This document shows, piece after piece, positions 1 to 11,479 of a stretch of 64,000 nt of DNA. The position numbers and the translations under genes are program-made. The DNA lies in the NCBI GenBank assembly GCA_035221665.1, contig CM069143.1, forward strand, positions 16,554,001 to 16,618,000. Direction: 5' to 3'. Below the pieces are notes generated by a model, which saw nothing but the letters and a program-made list of their open reading frames with translations, did no database searches and was not told where the DNA came from. How positions within the stretch are numbered: the stretch's first letter is position 1; every line of letters starts with the position of its first letter. Origin of the DNA: Okamejei kenojei. Taxonomy: Eukaryota.

Positions 1-196
1 GTTTTTGCCGCCAAAGTGGATAACTGCACATTTATCTATATTATACTGCATCTGCCATGCATCTGCCCACTCACTCAACCAGGTCATATTGCAACCTACT
101 ATCATCCTCCTCACAGTTCACACTGCCACCCAGCTTTGTGTCATCTGCAAACTTGCTAGTGTTGCTCCAAATTCCCTCTTCCAAATCATTAATATA

Positions 197-1761
197 TAGT
201 GGCTTGCAAACGTTTTCATACCCCTTGAACTTTTGCACATTTTGTCACGTTATAACCACAAACGTAAATGTATTTTATTGGGATTTTATGTGATAGACCA
301 ACACAAAGTGGCGCATTATTGTGAAGTGGAAGGAAAATGATACATGGTTTCCAAATGTTATTACAAATAAAAAATAAAAAGTGTGGCGTGCAAATGTATT
401 CACCTAACCACCTTTCGCTGCAATTACAGCTGCAAGTCTTTTGGGGTATGTCTCTACCAGCTTTGCACATCCAGAGACTGACATTTTTGCCCATTCTTCT
501 TTGCAAAATAGCTCAAGCTCAGTCAGATTGGATGGAGAGCATCTGTGAAGAGCAATTTTCAAGTCTTGCCAGAGATTCTCAATTGGATTTAGGTCTGGAC
601 TATGACTGGGCCATTCTAACACATGAATATGCTTTGATCTAAACCATTCCATTGTAGCTCTGGCTGTATGTTTAGGGTCGTTAAAGTCTTTTAGTCTATT
701 TAAAGTATTTTACAGATTCTAACAGGTTTTCTTCCACGATTGCTCTGTATTTGGCTCCATCCATCTTCCCATCAACTCTGACCAGCTTCCCTGTCCCTGC
801 TGACGAAAAGCATCCACACAGCATGATGCTGCCACCACCATGTTTCACAGTGGGGATGGTGTGTTCAGGGTGATGTGCAGTGCTAGTTTTCCGCCACACA
901 TAGTGTTTTGCATTTAGGCCAAAAATTTCAATTTTGGTCTCATCAGACCAGAGCACCTTCCTCCACATGTTTGTTGTGTCCCCCACATGGCTTGTGGCAA
1001 ACTGCAAATGGGACTTCTTATGGCTTTCAACAATGGCTTTCTTCTTGCCACTCTTGCATAAAGGCCCGATTTGTAGAGCGCACAACTAATAGTTGTCCTG
1101 TCGACAGATTCTCCCACCTGAGCTGTGGATCTCTGCAGCTCCTCCAGAATTACCATGGGCCTCTTTGCTGCTTCTCTGATTATTTCTCTCCTTGCCCGGC
1201 CTGTCAGTTTAGGTGCACGGCCATGTCTTGGTAGGTTTGCAATTGTGCCATACTCTTTCCATTTTCAGATGATGGATTAAACAGTGCTCCGTGAGATGTT
1301 CAAAGCTTGGGATTTTTTTTATAACCTACCCCTGCTTTAAACTTCTCCATAACATTATCCCTGACCTGTCTGGTGTGTTCCTTGGGCTTCATGATGCTGT
1401 TTGTTCACTAATGTTCTCTAACAAACCTCTGAGGCCTTCACAGAACAACTGTATTTATACTGTGATTCGATTACACACAAGTGGACTCTATTTACAAATT
1501 TGGTGACTTTTGGTTGCACTGGATTTTATTTAGGGGTATCAGAGTAAAGGGGGCTGAATACTTTTGCACGCCACACTTTTCAGTTTTTTATTTTTAAAAA
1601 CATTTGAAAACCATGTATCAATTTCCTTCCGCTTCACAATTATGTGCCCCTATGTGTTGGTCTATCACATTAAACCCCAATATAATACATTTACGTTTGT
1701 GGTTGTAACGTGACAAAATGTGGAAAAGTTCAAGGGGTATGAAAACATTTGCAAGCCACTG
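197..1761 (-). mobile_element. Tc1-family (IR/DR type) DNA transposon, defective
   Basis: Terminal inverted repeats of about 200 bp (tagtggcttgcaaacgttttcatacccc ... ggggtatgaaaacatttgcaagccactg). TA at 195-196 and 1762-1763; removing the element and one TA restores the CR1 sequence length. Confidence 0.95.
404..1394 (-). pseudogene. Tc1 transposase pseudogene (DD34E type)
   Basis: Frameshifted fragments ARRKPLL, VLWSDETKIE, TVKHGGGSIM, NDPKHTA and [15 protein letters not shown]. The region before NDPKH, containing the second catalytic Asp, is deleted or replaced. Confidence 0.9.
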
Positions 1762-2162
1762 TATATAGTAAACAGTTGAGGCCCCAACACTGAGCCTTGC
1801 GGCACTCCTCTCCACTGCCTGCCATTCTGAAAAGGATCCGTTCACTCCAACTCTTTGCTTCCTGTCTGCCAACTAATTTTCTATCCATGTCAACACCCTA
1901 CCCCCAATACGATGTGCTCTAATTTTAGTCACCTGTCTCCTTATGTGGGACCTTATCAAAGGCTTTCTGAAATTCTAGAAACACTACATCCACTGACACC
2001 CCTTCATCCACTTTACTTGTCACATCCTCAAAAAATTCCAGAGGATTAGTCAAGCATGATATCCCTTCCATAAATCCATGTTGACTTGGACTAATCTTTT
2101 TACTGCTATGCAAATGTCCCATTATTACCCCGTCCACTGACACCCTCCTCCGCCTAGCAGAG

Positions 2163-3399
2163 TTGGTCCTCACCCTCAATAACTTCTCTTTTGATTCCTC
2201 CCATTTCCTCCAAACACAAGGCGTAGCTATGGGGACACGCATGGGCCCCAGCTACGCTTGCCTCTTTGTTGGGTACGTCGAACAATCCTTGTTCTCGGCG
2301 TACCAGGGCCCCATCCCCGACCTCTACCTCTGTTACATCGACGACTGCTTTGGTGTCACCTCCTGCACCCACACACAACTGACTGACTTCATTCATTTCA
2401 CCACCAACTTCCATCCGGCACTCAAATACACTTGGACCATTTCCGACACTTCCCTACCATTCCTTGACCTCACCATCTCTATTGCAGGTGATACGCTCCT
2501 GACCGACATCCACTACAAACCTACTGACTCCCACAGCTACCTGGACTACTCTTCCTCCCACCCTGCTTCCTGTAAGGACTCCATCCCCTATTCCCAATTC
2601 CTCCGTCTACGCCGCATCTGCTCCCAGGATGAGGTGTTCCACACCAGGTCATCACAAAATGGCCTCATTCTTCAGAGAACGGGGATTCCCCTCCCCCACT
2701 ATTGATGAGGCTCGCACCAGGGTCTCCTCCATACCCCGCAACACTGCCCTCGCTCCCCATTCCCCCACTCGCAAACAGGGCAGAGTCCCCCTGGTCCTCA
2801 CCTTTCACCCCACCAGCCGGCAAATACAACATATAGTCCTCCGCCAGTTTCGCCACCTCCAACGTGACCCCTCCACCCGCCACATCTTCCCATCTCCCCC
2901 CCTGTCTGCCTTCCGCAAAGACCGCTCCCTCCGCAACTCCCTTGTCCATTCTTCCCTCCCCTCCCACTCTACCCCTTCCCCGGGCACTTTCCCTTGCAAC
3001 CGCAAGAAATGCAACACTTGTCCCTTCACCTCCCCCCTCCACTCCTTTCAGGGACCCAAGCAGTCCTTCCAGGTCCGACAGAGGTTCACCTGCACCTCCT
3101 CCAACCTCATCTACTGCATCCGCTGCTCCAGATGCCAGATGATCTATATCGGTGAGACCAAGCGGAGGCTTGGCGATCGCTTCGCCGAACACCTCCGCTC
3201 GGTCCGCAATAACCAACCCGACCTCCCGGTGGCTCAGCACTTCAACTCCCCCTCCCATTCCACATCCGACCTCTCGGTCCTGGGCCTCCTCCACGGCCAG
3301 AGTGAGCAACACCGCAAGCTGGAGGAACAGCACCTCATATTCCGCTTGGGGAGTCTGCATCCTTTGGGCTTGAATATTGAATTTTCTCAATTCTGTTAA
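2163..3399 (+). pseudogene. PLE reverse transcriptase / GIY-YIG endonuclease (one frameshift near 2655)
   Basis: GVAMGTRMGPSYA, YIDD, FLD, YKPTD and SIPYSQFLRLRRICS; linker CNRKKCNTC; endonuclease LIYCIRC..C..IYIGET.R.L..RF.EH. Confidence 0.92.
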
Positions 3400-3630
3400 C
3401 CCTTGCTGTCTCCTCCCCTTCCCACCTCTCCCTCAGCCCTCGGGCCCTGGCATTCCCTCTATCTCTATCTCTCCCCCACCCTAGTCGCACTAGCTTCTCA
3501 TTTTCACACCACAAACAGCTTACAATGGCTTGTTCCCTTTATCACCGATACTTTTTTGCATATCTTTCACTCATTGTTCCTTATCTCTCCACATCACCGT
3601 CTATATCTCTCGTTTCCCTGATCCCTGACC

Positions 3631-3665
3631 AGTCTGAAGAAGGGTCTTGACCCGAAACGTCGCCT
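3631..3665 (+). ncRNA. Minimal type-I hammerhead ribozyme-like motif in the PLE pLTR
   Basis: CUGAAGA-A-[GGGUC-UU-GACCC]-GAAA-CG-UC. Conserved core boxes, stem II hairpin and palindromic ACGU in place of stem III, as described for PLE hammerheads. Stem I pairing is weak and activity is untested. Confidence 0.65.
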
Positions 3666-3900
3666 ATCTCCTTCGCTCCTTAGATGCTGCTGCACCCGCT
3701 GAGTTTCTCCAGCTTTTTGTGTACCCCCATTACCTCTTTAATAATTGACCAGCATCTTCCCCACCACCGAAGTCAGGCTAACTGGTCTGTAATTCCTTGT
3801 TTTCTCTCGCGCTCTTTTCTTGAAAAGTGGGATAGCATTAGCTGTCCTCCAATCCACAGGAACTGATCGTGAATCTATTGAATGTTGGGAAATGATCACC

Positions 3901-4500
3901 AATAATAATAATAACAATAATAATAATAATATTTTATTGTCATTGCACATATATGCAATGAGATTTGGTATGCAGCTTCCATCCAATGTCATAACTTAAA
4001 CAACTAGTAAAATTTAGGTTTAGATACCCCGAGAATATGGTTTATAAAAAGAACAGTAAAACAGTCAAAACAGTCTAAAGTGCAAATGTGTCTGTGCGAC
4101 GTGACCATCCGAGGGAGACAGTTCATGGGGATGGGGGGCACTCAGCAGGGCCGGTTCAGAGCAGTTATAGCTCTGGGGATGAAGCTGTTCCTGAGTCTGG
4201 AGGTGCGGTCGTAGAAGGCCTTGTAACGTCTGCCGGAAGGTAGGAGTTCAAACAGTCCATTACAAGGGTGTGAGGAGTCTTTATGGATGCTGACGGCCTG
4301 CCTGAGGCACCATGTGTGGTAGATGCCCTCCAAGGCTGGTAGCTGTGTCGCAATAATCTTCTGCGCTCTGTGGACGACGCGCTGAAGAGCTCTCCTCTCC
4401 GCCTCCGTACAGCTGAGATACCACATAGAGATGCTATACATTAGTATGCTCTCTGTTGTGCAGTGGTAGAAGGCTGTCAGCAGCTGTTGGGGCAGACTAT
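3901..4500 (-). mobile_element. Rex1/Babar-clade LINE 3' fragment with (ATT)n tail
   Basis: ORF 4142-4441 LQRVVHRAQKII...DSSHP..LFELLPSGRRY...RLRNSFIPRAITALN. (AAT)n run at 3901-3930. Confidence 0.85.
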
Positions 4501-7097
4501 TGCGTCCACTATTTCTCGAGCCACCTCCATGTGGACCCTGGGATGCAGAGCATCAGGTCCAGGGGATGTATCATCCTTCAGTTGCATTAGCCTACCCAAT
4601 ACAATTTCTCGCCTAATGAAAATGTATTTCAGTTCCTCTACCCGCTTAGATGCTCTGTCGTCCAGTATTTCTGGGAGATTTTTTGTGTCTTCCTTAGTGA
4701 AGACCGATCCGAAGTACCTGTTCAACTCTTCTGCCATTTCCTTGTTACCCATAATAATTTCACCCGTGTCTGCCTACAAGGGACCCACATTTGACTTTGC
4801 TACTCTTTTTCCCTTAACATATCTAAAGAAGCTTTTACTGTCCTTCTTTATATTCCTGGCCAGCTTCCCTTTGTGCTACATCTTTTCAGCCCGTATCGCC
4901 TGTTTTGTTTCCTTCTGTTGTCCTATGAATGTTTTGCAATCCTCTGGCTTCCGGCTAATCTTTGCAGCGTTATACATCTTTTCTTTTAGTTATATTCTAT
5001 ACCTAACTTCTCTTGTCAGCCACGGTTACCTCCTACTCCCCTTAGAATCATTCTTCCTTATTGGAATGAAATGGTCCTGCATCTTCCAGATTATGCCCAG
5101 AAATTCCTGCCATTGCTGTTCCACCGTCATTCCTGCTAGGATCCCTTTCCAGTCTACCTTGCCCAGTTCCCCTCTCATGCCTTCATAGTACCCTTTGTTC
5201 AACTGCATCACTGACACTACCAATTTAACCTTCTCCTTCTCCTTCAAAATAATTGATCAATGTTGAATTCATTTCCAATCTCTGACATTGACTTAGAGAT
5301 GCACGTACCAACCTCGGATTAACTAAGGAATTAATTTTCCAGTCCACTGGTGTGTGACATTTCAAATTTAATGTGGAGTTAAAAACATTAAAAGCAAAGT
5401 TCCTGCCTTGAGTTGATGGTCATCTTACAGAATATCCCTTCATTCTACTCACTGCTAAGAAATGACTGCATTGACTTTATTGTCAAACTGCCAGCCCAAA
5501 AACACATAGACTAATCTCAGATAGCTAGATGTAATTGCTTAAAAGGAAGGACATTGTGTCAAAATATATTTGAAAAGTAGGTTAGTCCTCTGTTGTAAGT
5601 TAATCAACTCCCTTGTCTTGCTTCATAACGTGTGTTATCTCACTCACATCAGAGTTATGGTTTGGTTTCCATGGTCTTGCTTCTCTATTTTAAAATGATC
5701 TCAGAACTTTTAAGAATTAAGTGTACTTTTGCCATGTACGTGCGTAAAATACATTTGAGAGAAGGCTAACTTTAGCTTAAGTTTTATAACTAACTTCTTT
5801 CTGCAATCCTACACAACTTTCTGAGAGCTTTGAGAGATTTTGACATCTTTGGGCCAGGGATTTGTGTCTTACATCCAATAGTAGTCTCCAGTTGTTTCAT
5901 AGTCAGCTTGATTTTATACCTATCAACTTCACCTGATTGACTCAATATCATCAACCTGTCAATCCAGACTTCCTTTGCTCTTCTGTGTCCACCCTGTGGA
6001 CATATTTTATCTATGTTCAGCAGAAAGCCAAACTGAAGGAAGAACTGTATTATAAAGATTATTTGCTTCAGAAATATAATTGTTACTCAAGTTAACTAGC
6101 CCTCACAGGACTGGTGTACTGTCCTGTAGCTTGATTTATGTAAGTGAATAAATTTAGAAGATTTTGCAATATGGCACTTAATGTTGCTATGATTATTTTC
6201 TAAGTATTTATTTATTATAATTGCACATCTAATCATAAATTACATTGCATCTGCATATTTCTAAAACAATGAGCACTGATATGAAATTTATCTTTGTGGG
6301 ATATTGTGCGATATTAAAGTGATATTGATCACTATCTCTACCAGTCCTTCAGGAACTCTGCCTGTTTCATGCCTATTATACACATGGACATATGTATTAG
6401 GATTAGAAGAAGGGCATCCAGCCCTTAAGATTGCTGATCCATTTAATGTTCATAGTTAATTTAATTTTAAACTCAACTCTGCGTTCCCATTTATCCATGG
6501 TAATCCTTCACTCCCTTGCTTATTAAGGATTTATCTGCTGCTGCCTTAGAAATATTCAATGATTCTTGTTCCATCAACGCTTTGGTGGGCATAGTTCTAA
6601 AATCCAATTGAGACAAAAATAAACACTTAAAGGGAAGACTGCTTATTTTTAAACATTGACCTTTAATCTACATTTTCTTTCAAAAATAAATTTGAATAAT
6701 TGATTGTTGCAGGAATTTGACCTTGATGGTCTTACGTCTGATGCCAATATTAGTTGATGGTGGAGATGCTGACCTGGTGTTACTCAGTATTGCCCTGCTC
6801 AGTTTTTGGAGCTGAGATGTTCTCAGCTGGTGTTTTGGGTGCCTTGGCTATTCAGAATCACATGTATTTTTAATCGTCACCTTGTATTCTTCTAAACTCC
6901 ATCAGATACAAATTATCTTCATTAGACAACATGCCCATTCCAGCTATTGGTCTTGTAAATTTTCTCTGAACTGCTTCCTGTACATTAAAATCTTTCCTGC
7001 ACTAAGATTTGATGGCCCAAAGGGCCTGTTTCTATGCTATATCTCTAAACGATTAAACTAAACCAAGTATTTAGCTTTTTACCATGTAAGCATTGTA

Positions 7098-8065
7098 CCG
7101 TATTTCCCGGCAATGAAGACGCACCTGCGTCAAAGAAGCACCCCCATTTTGAGTTGCTAAATTTTGAATAAAGGCTGGCAGCACAGAATTTCTCACGCTC
7201 AAAAAAAATAAATAAATAAATAAGAAAGAAAGAAAGTAAAAATTCAATTTGCCAAAGGCTTCCAGATCTCCTCCATTCTGAATGACTGAATGGGTGAGGG
7301 TGGAGGAAGAAGGCAGGTGGAGAGATGGTGGGAAAAACAGGAGCACACTGGGAGAAATAAGATCACAACTGATTCACAAAGTTGAATCAGTTGTGATCTT
7401 ATTGAATGACAATACTAGTTCAAGGGACCAATTGAGGTTACACACGCTGACACAGGAGTAAGCTCCACTGCCCGCTGTCCTGTTATTCATCGCCTGCTGA
7501 CCTGCTCCGCTCTATGGTCTTTGCTCTTGAGTTGGTCCCCTCACTGTATGGTCTCCAAGCCAGGTAAAAAATAGGGATAACGAGAATTTCAAAATTAATA
7601 CCAACTGCTTTTAGTGCGTGTCTGTTGACAAGGCAGCAGTTCTCTCCTTTATTCTCACTTGACCGACAACCGCCACACACCACCAAAGCCTGCGTGCCAC
7701 GGGACTGGCTGTAGCGCCCAGGTCGGCTGCATGCCCAGCGAATGGCTGCAGTTCCCAGGTCAGCTCGCTGGCCCCAGGTCTGGCTGTTGCGCCCAGGTTG
7801 GCTGTGTGCCCCGCGAATGGCTGCAGTTCCCAGATCAGCTTGCTTGGGTTCGCTTGATTTCAGATTACATGCCGGATCCGGGCCATAGGTTGCCAACCCC
7901 TGTGTTAGGCCCCATTGTGTCCCCCTCCCCCCATGTTTTAAAAGCGATTTGGCCCAAGTCTATCTTTCTTGGCTAACAATCTAGCCTTCGGCCTCCAAGA
8001 CGCAGGTAAATGTTCGGACCTTACTTTAGGGTAAAAATTAGCGTCCTCATTGCCGGGAAATACGT
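7098..8065. mobile_element. Non-autonomous Tc1/mariner (Tc2/pogo-like) element
   Basis: TIR ccgtatttcccggcaatgaagacgc / gcgtcctcattgccgggaaatacgt, with TA at 7096-7097 and 8066-8067. No transposase. Contains a ~60-bp tandem duplication (7703-7840) and an hAT-like end (rc CAGGGGTTGGCAACCTATGGCCC, 7880-7902). Confidence 0.75.
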
Positions 8066-8224
8066 TACTTCATTTACCAAATCTGTGCCCACTCACTTAA
8101 TCTATCTATATCCTCTTTATAACCTCTATGCCATCTTCAAAACTATTTCCCATCTACTTTTGTCATGTGCAAATTTAGCAACTGTACTTCAATGATTTAA
8201 TCAATAATTTATTTATATAAATAA

Positions 8225-8730
8225 ATTGTCATAGTCGGAGAGCTGTAGAGCATAGGACAGGCCCTTCATCCCATCTTTTCCATGCTGACAAATTTGGCAT
8301 ATTGGTCAAGAACCACTCGCCTGCATTTGACATTTAGCCCAGCATTTGACTTTTAGCCCAGCATTTGACCCATTGACCAGAAATGTGCATCACACTCCAA
8401 ATGTGGTCTAATCAAAGTCCTACAAAGCTGAAACATGGCTTACTTATATTCAATCGATGAGCGCAAGCATACCATACACCTACTTTTCCTCTCTATTTAT
8501 GTTGTTGCCATTTTCAGGAAGCTCTGGACTTGGACCACAAGATTCATCTGCATATCAATATTATAAATTGTATACTTTCCCATTACATTCAGACTCCCAA
8601 AGTGCAACATCTCACACTTGATTGGATTAAACTCCATCTGCCATTTCTCGGCCCAGTTCTCTAACCTATATGCTGCTGCATACTTTGACAACCTCCCTCA
8701 ACATGTAAAAGTCCACCAATTCTGATGTTT
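8225..8730 (-). mobile_element. CR1-like LINE 3' fragment
   Basis: ORF 8497-8691 LENWAEKWQMEFNPIKCEMLHFG matches the CR1 RT C-terminal region. Confidence 0.75.
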
Positions 8731-9353
8731 CGTATTATTTACTCAAAATGGAACCTACTCCTTTTCTCCAGAGATTCTGCCTGACTCACTGAGTTTCTCC
8801 AGCTTTACCAACTAGTAAAAGGTGAAACATCTTATGCCGTACTGTTCTGTGTCATAGCAGGAACAGACAGCAAATGAATCTGAGAGACAAGAACAGTTAT
8901 GTTATGTGGAAGAAAATGATTGATTTTCAGATGCTTTAGTCCTGTAAGATTCCAAAAATGTTACACCCAGCATCCAAGGGAACCGCAATAGCAGTACATA
9001 GTCCCTATGACAACACCACTAATTTATAGAGAATAATGGTTTAGTAATTTGGTTCAGTGTGAGAGCAAAAATTAGATAACCATGCAAATCTTGATTTCAT
9101 AATACCAAATAGTTATGATTCTGAAAAGTTCAAATCCTTTTGGAAGACAAAAAGCTGAACACATTGACCCACTGAGCAAATGCACACAATGTTTGTGTTC
9201 TATTTGTACCTTGACTCATATCTGATTAATTGTTTATTACTCATGGCTGTGCATGAGTTACTGGGAATATATTTTGAATGGGGCCCAAACATGACGTATC
9301 ATGAGAAAAACTGAAAACTTTAGGTACTTCAAAGTGAATATCCAGTTATACTT

Positions 9354-9583
9354 GTTTAAGAAGGAATTGTAGATGCTGGAAAATCGAAGGCAGACAAAAA
9401 TGCTGGAGAAACCCAGCGGGTGAGGCGGCATCGATGGAGCGAAGGAAATAGACAACGTTTCAGGCCAAAACCCTTCCTCGGAAATTAGGACATAGGCTAC
9501 GTTTCGGCCCCAAATGTTGACTATTTGCTTCGCTGCATCGATGCTGCCTCACCTGCCGAGTTACTCCAGCATTTTTGTCTACC
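9354..9583. mobile_element. Inverted pair of PLE pLTR fragments with 14-bp TSD
   Basis: atccagttatactt at 9340-9353 and 9584-9597. Left arm is a minus-strand pLTR plus tail; right arm is a plus-strand pLTR. Confidence 0.85.
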
Positions 9584-10561
9584 ATCCAGTTATACTTACC
9601 AATTACTAACACCAATAATATATTTATAACAATTCAGTTCAGCCCAACATTGGGACAATTAATCTTCCTATAAGCAAAATGCCAGCATCTAAATTTCATC
9701 TAAATTTTGGCAGTGAAATAATTGATTTAATCACTGAGAAAATACAATCATCAACTTTACTTGGGATGCAGCTGTAATTAAGTTGTTTTTTGATTTGGCA
9801 AGGTCAGCAAAGTCAGGAAGCAACATCAATTTATTTGCTATCTTTCTTTAGCCATTCAAAAAAGTTGGAAGATACAGATGATTGAATACAAAGATTACGC
9901 ACATCAGTTGCAGTGAAGGTGTCAGGTCCCATCAACATTCCCGATATAGAGTAGAAGTCATTAGTTTACAACTAGGCTTCTTCCCACCACGCTGTTCTGC
10001 ACCACCAGTGTCTGTGTGACAGAAAACCAAGTGACAAAAGTAACAAATCGTAAGATTAAACGAGAACCTACCAGTTTGATGTTTGATCTTTATTTTATGA
10101 GGAGTTACGATGAGGGATTATGTGAAGAACCCCATACAGCCGCACATGCGGCAATCTTCAAAGCAACTGAGTGAAATCACAGGTAATAGTGACTGAAGTA
10201 TAATAGTAAGATAAAAGAAGACTAGAGCTACCAGATGATATTTATGAGGGTTGGGAGCGGAGGGCACGTAATCCCTCATCGTAACTCCTCATAAAATAAA
10301 GACCAAACGTCGAACTGGTAAGTTCTCATTTAATCTTACTATTTTACTTCGGAGTCACATGAGTGACTACGTGAAGATTTCAAAGCTCTCTGATTTCATG
10401 CCGCAGACCCAAATCCGGCGTTCACACTGCATTGATTGAATCAAATCGTTAAATAATCAATAATGCATCAATCATAACATTGTTTAAATGAATTAATGGT
10501 TTATTTACAAAGAAAAACAATAGCAACCCCTCTATCTCAGGGGGAAACTATATAACAGAAC

Positions 10562-11479
10562 TCAAAACAGACTCAGCAAATACCCCAGCATTGCCATCGG
10601 CTTATGATTGAATTTCTGGAAGGTCAGCTCACTGAACCACCCTGCATCCATGAGGATATGGTATATAGGCACGTCCATCGCCCTGGCCACGGATGTTGAT
10701 GCCGCCCTGGTGGAATGAGATTTGAATTTATCAGTATTAATCCCAGCACTTCCCAGTACCTGCTTTAGCCACCTTGAAATTGTTTGCACCGACTCCTTAT
10801 AGTGTGGTTTTTTGTAGCTAATAAATAATGCAGACTCTGTTCCTCGTAGGACTCTGTTAGCCTCAATGTAATGAGACAAATATGACACTACACACAGGTG
10901 AGCATCTGTTGAGTATGCTGAAAAAAATCTTACATCCTGTCATGCCTATTCTATTCTGTTTGAGAAGATCATAAACATAAAAAGTAATGGCATCTGCCGA
11001 TACCTGCATTCTGTCTAGCCGTAGCTTCTGCAATGTCTGCACACGTTGGGCTGATACCAACGCCATAAGCATGACCACCTTCATGGTTAGTTTGGCTAGA
11101 GATAGGCTTGTAACAGGAGCCCACTGGCGAAGGAGCATAAGGACTTTGCTCACATTCCAAATACCGGAATACCTGGGTTTAGGAGGATTAGAATTAAAAA
11201 CTCCCTTCATAAATCTAGAGACTAACGGATGTGTCCTTACTGAATGCAACTCTGAACTCATTTGTAAAGAAGAAGAGCACTTCAGGCTGTATTAATCACA
11301 CTATAGCTTAATTTTTTATCTAAGTAAAGAGTGGACAAAAACTCCAGTATGTCTGGGATGCCTCCCACTTCGTTATCGAGGTGATGTACTGCTTCTGAGT
11401 ACTATACCTGCAGGCCGACGTGAGAACGTCCACGGTATGATCAGACAGTCCTCTCCCCCAGGTATGGCCTCCTTAAAAT
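10562..11479 (-). pseudogene. DIRS tyrosine recombinase pseudogene
   Basis: HPLVSRFMKGVFNSNPPKPRY, SAQRVQ, LFISYKKPH, HSTRAASTS and AGW..E.TFQKF, with frameshifts and deletions. Confidence 0.9.

Larger units (their letters stand above)
2130..3725 (+). mobile_element. Penelope-like element (Neptune type), 5'-truncated, young
   Basis: RT C-terminal half, Cys-rich linker and GIY-YIG endonuclease, then a pyrimidine-rich 3' UTR and pLTR ending ctttttgtgtacc. Imperfect flanking duplication cccatta(tta)cc. Confidence 0.92.
1..5245 (-). mobile_element. Decayed CR1-clade LINE (RT region), split by Tc1, PLE and Rex1 insertions
   Basis: Pieces 1-196, 1762-2129, 3726-3900 and 4501-5245 are colinear with the near-intact CR1 at 59601-62378. 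ORF fragments include YRPVSLTSVVGK, QHGFMEG..CLTN, FQKAFDKVPH and SPGPDALHPRV. Confidence 0.9.

Noticed and set aside
2665-3390. 241-aa minus-strand ORF
   Set aside because: Antisense shadow of the C-rich PLE ORF with no independent motifs.
4463-5188. 241-aa plus-strand ORF (likewise 61390-62001, 59934-60317 and 62023-62364)
   Set aside because: Antisense shadows of CR1 ORF2.
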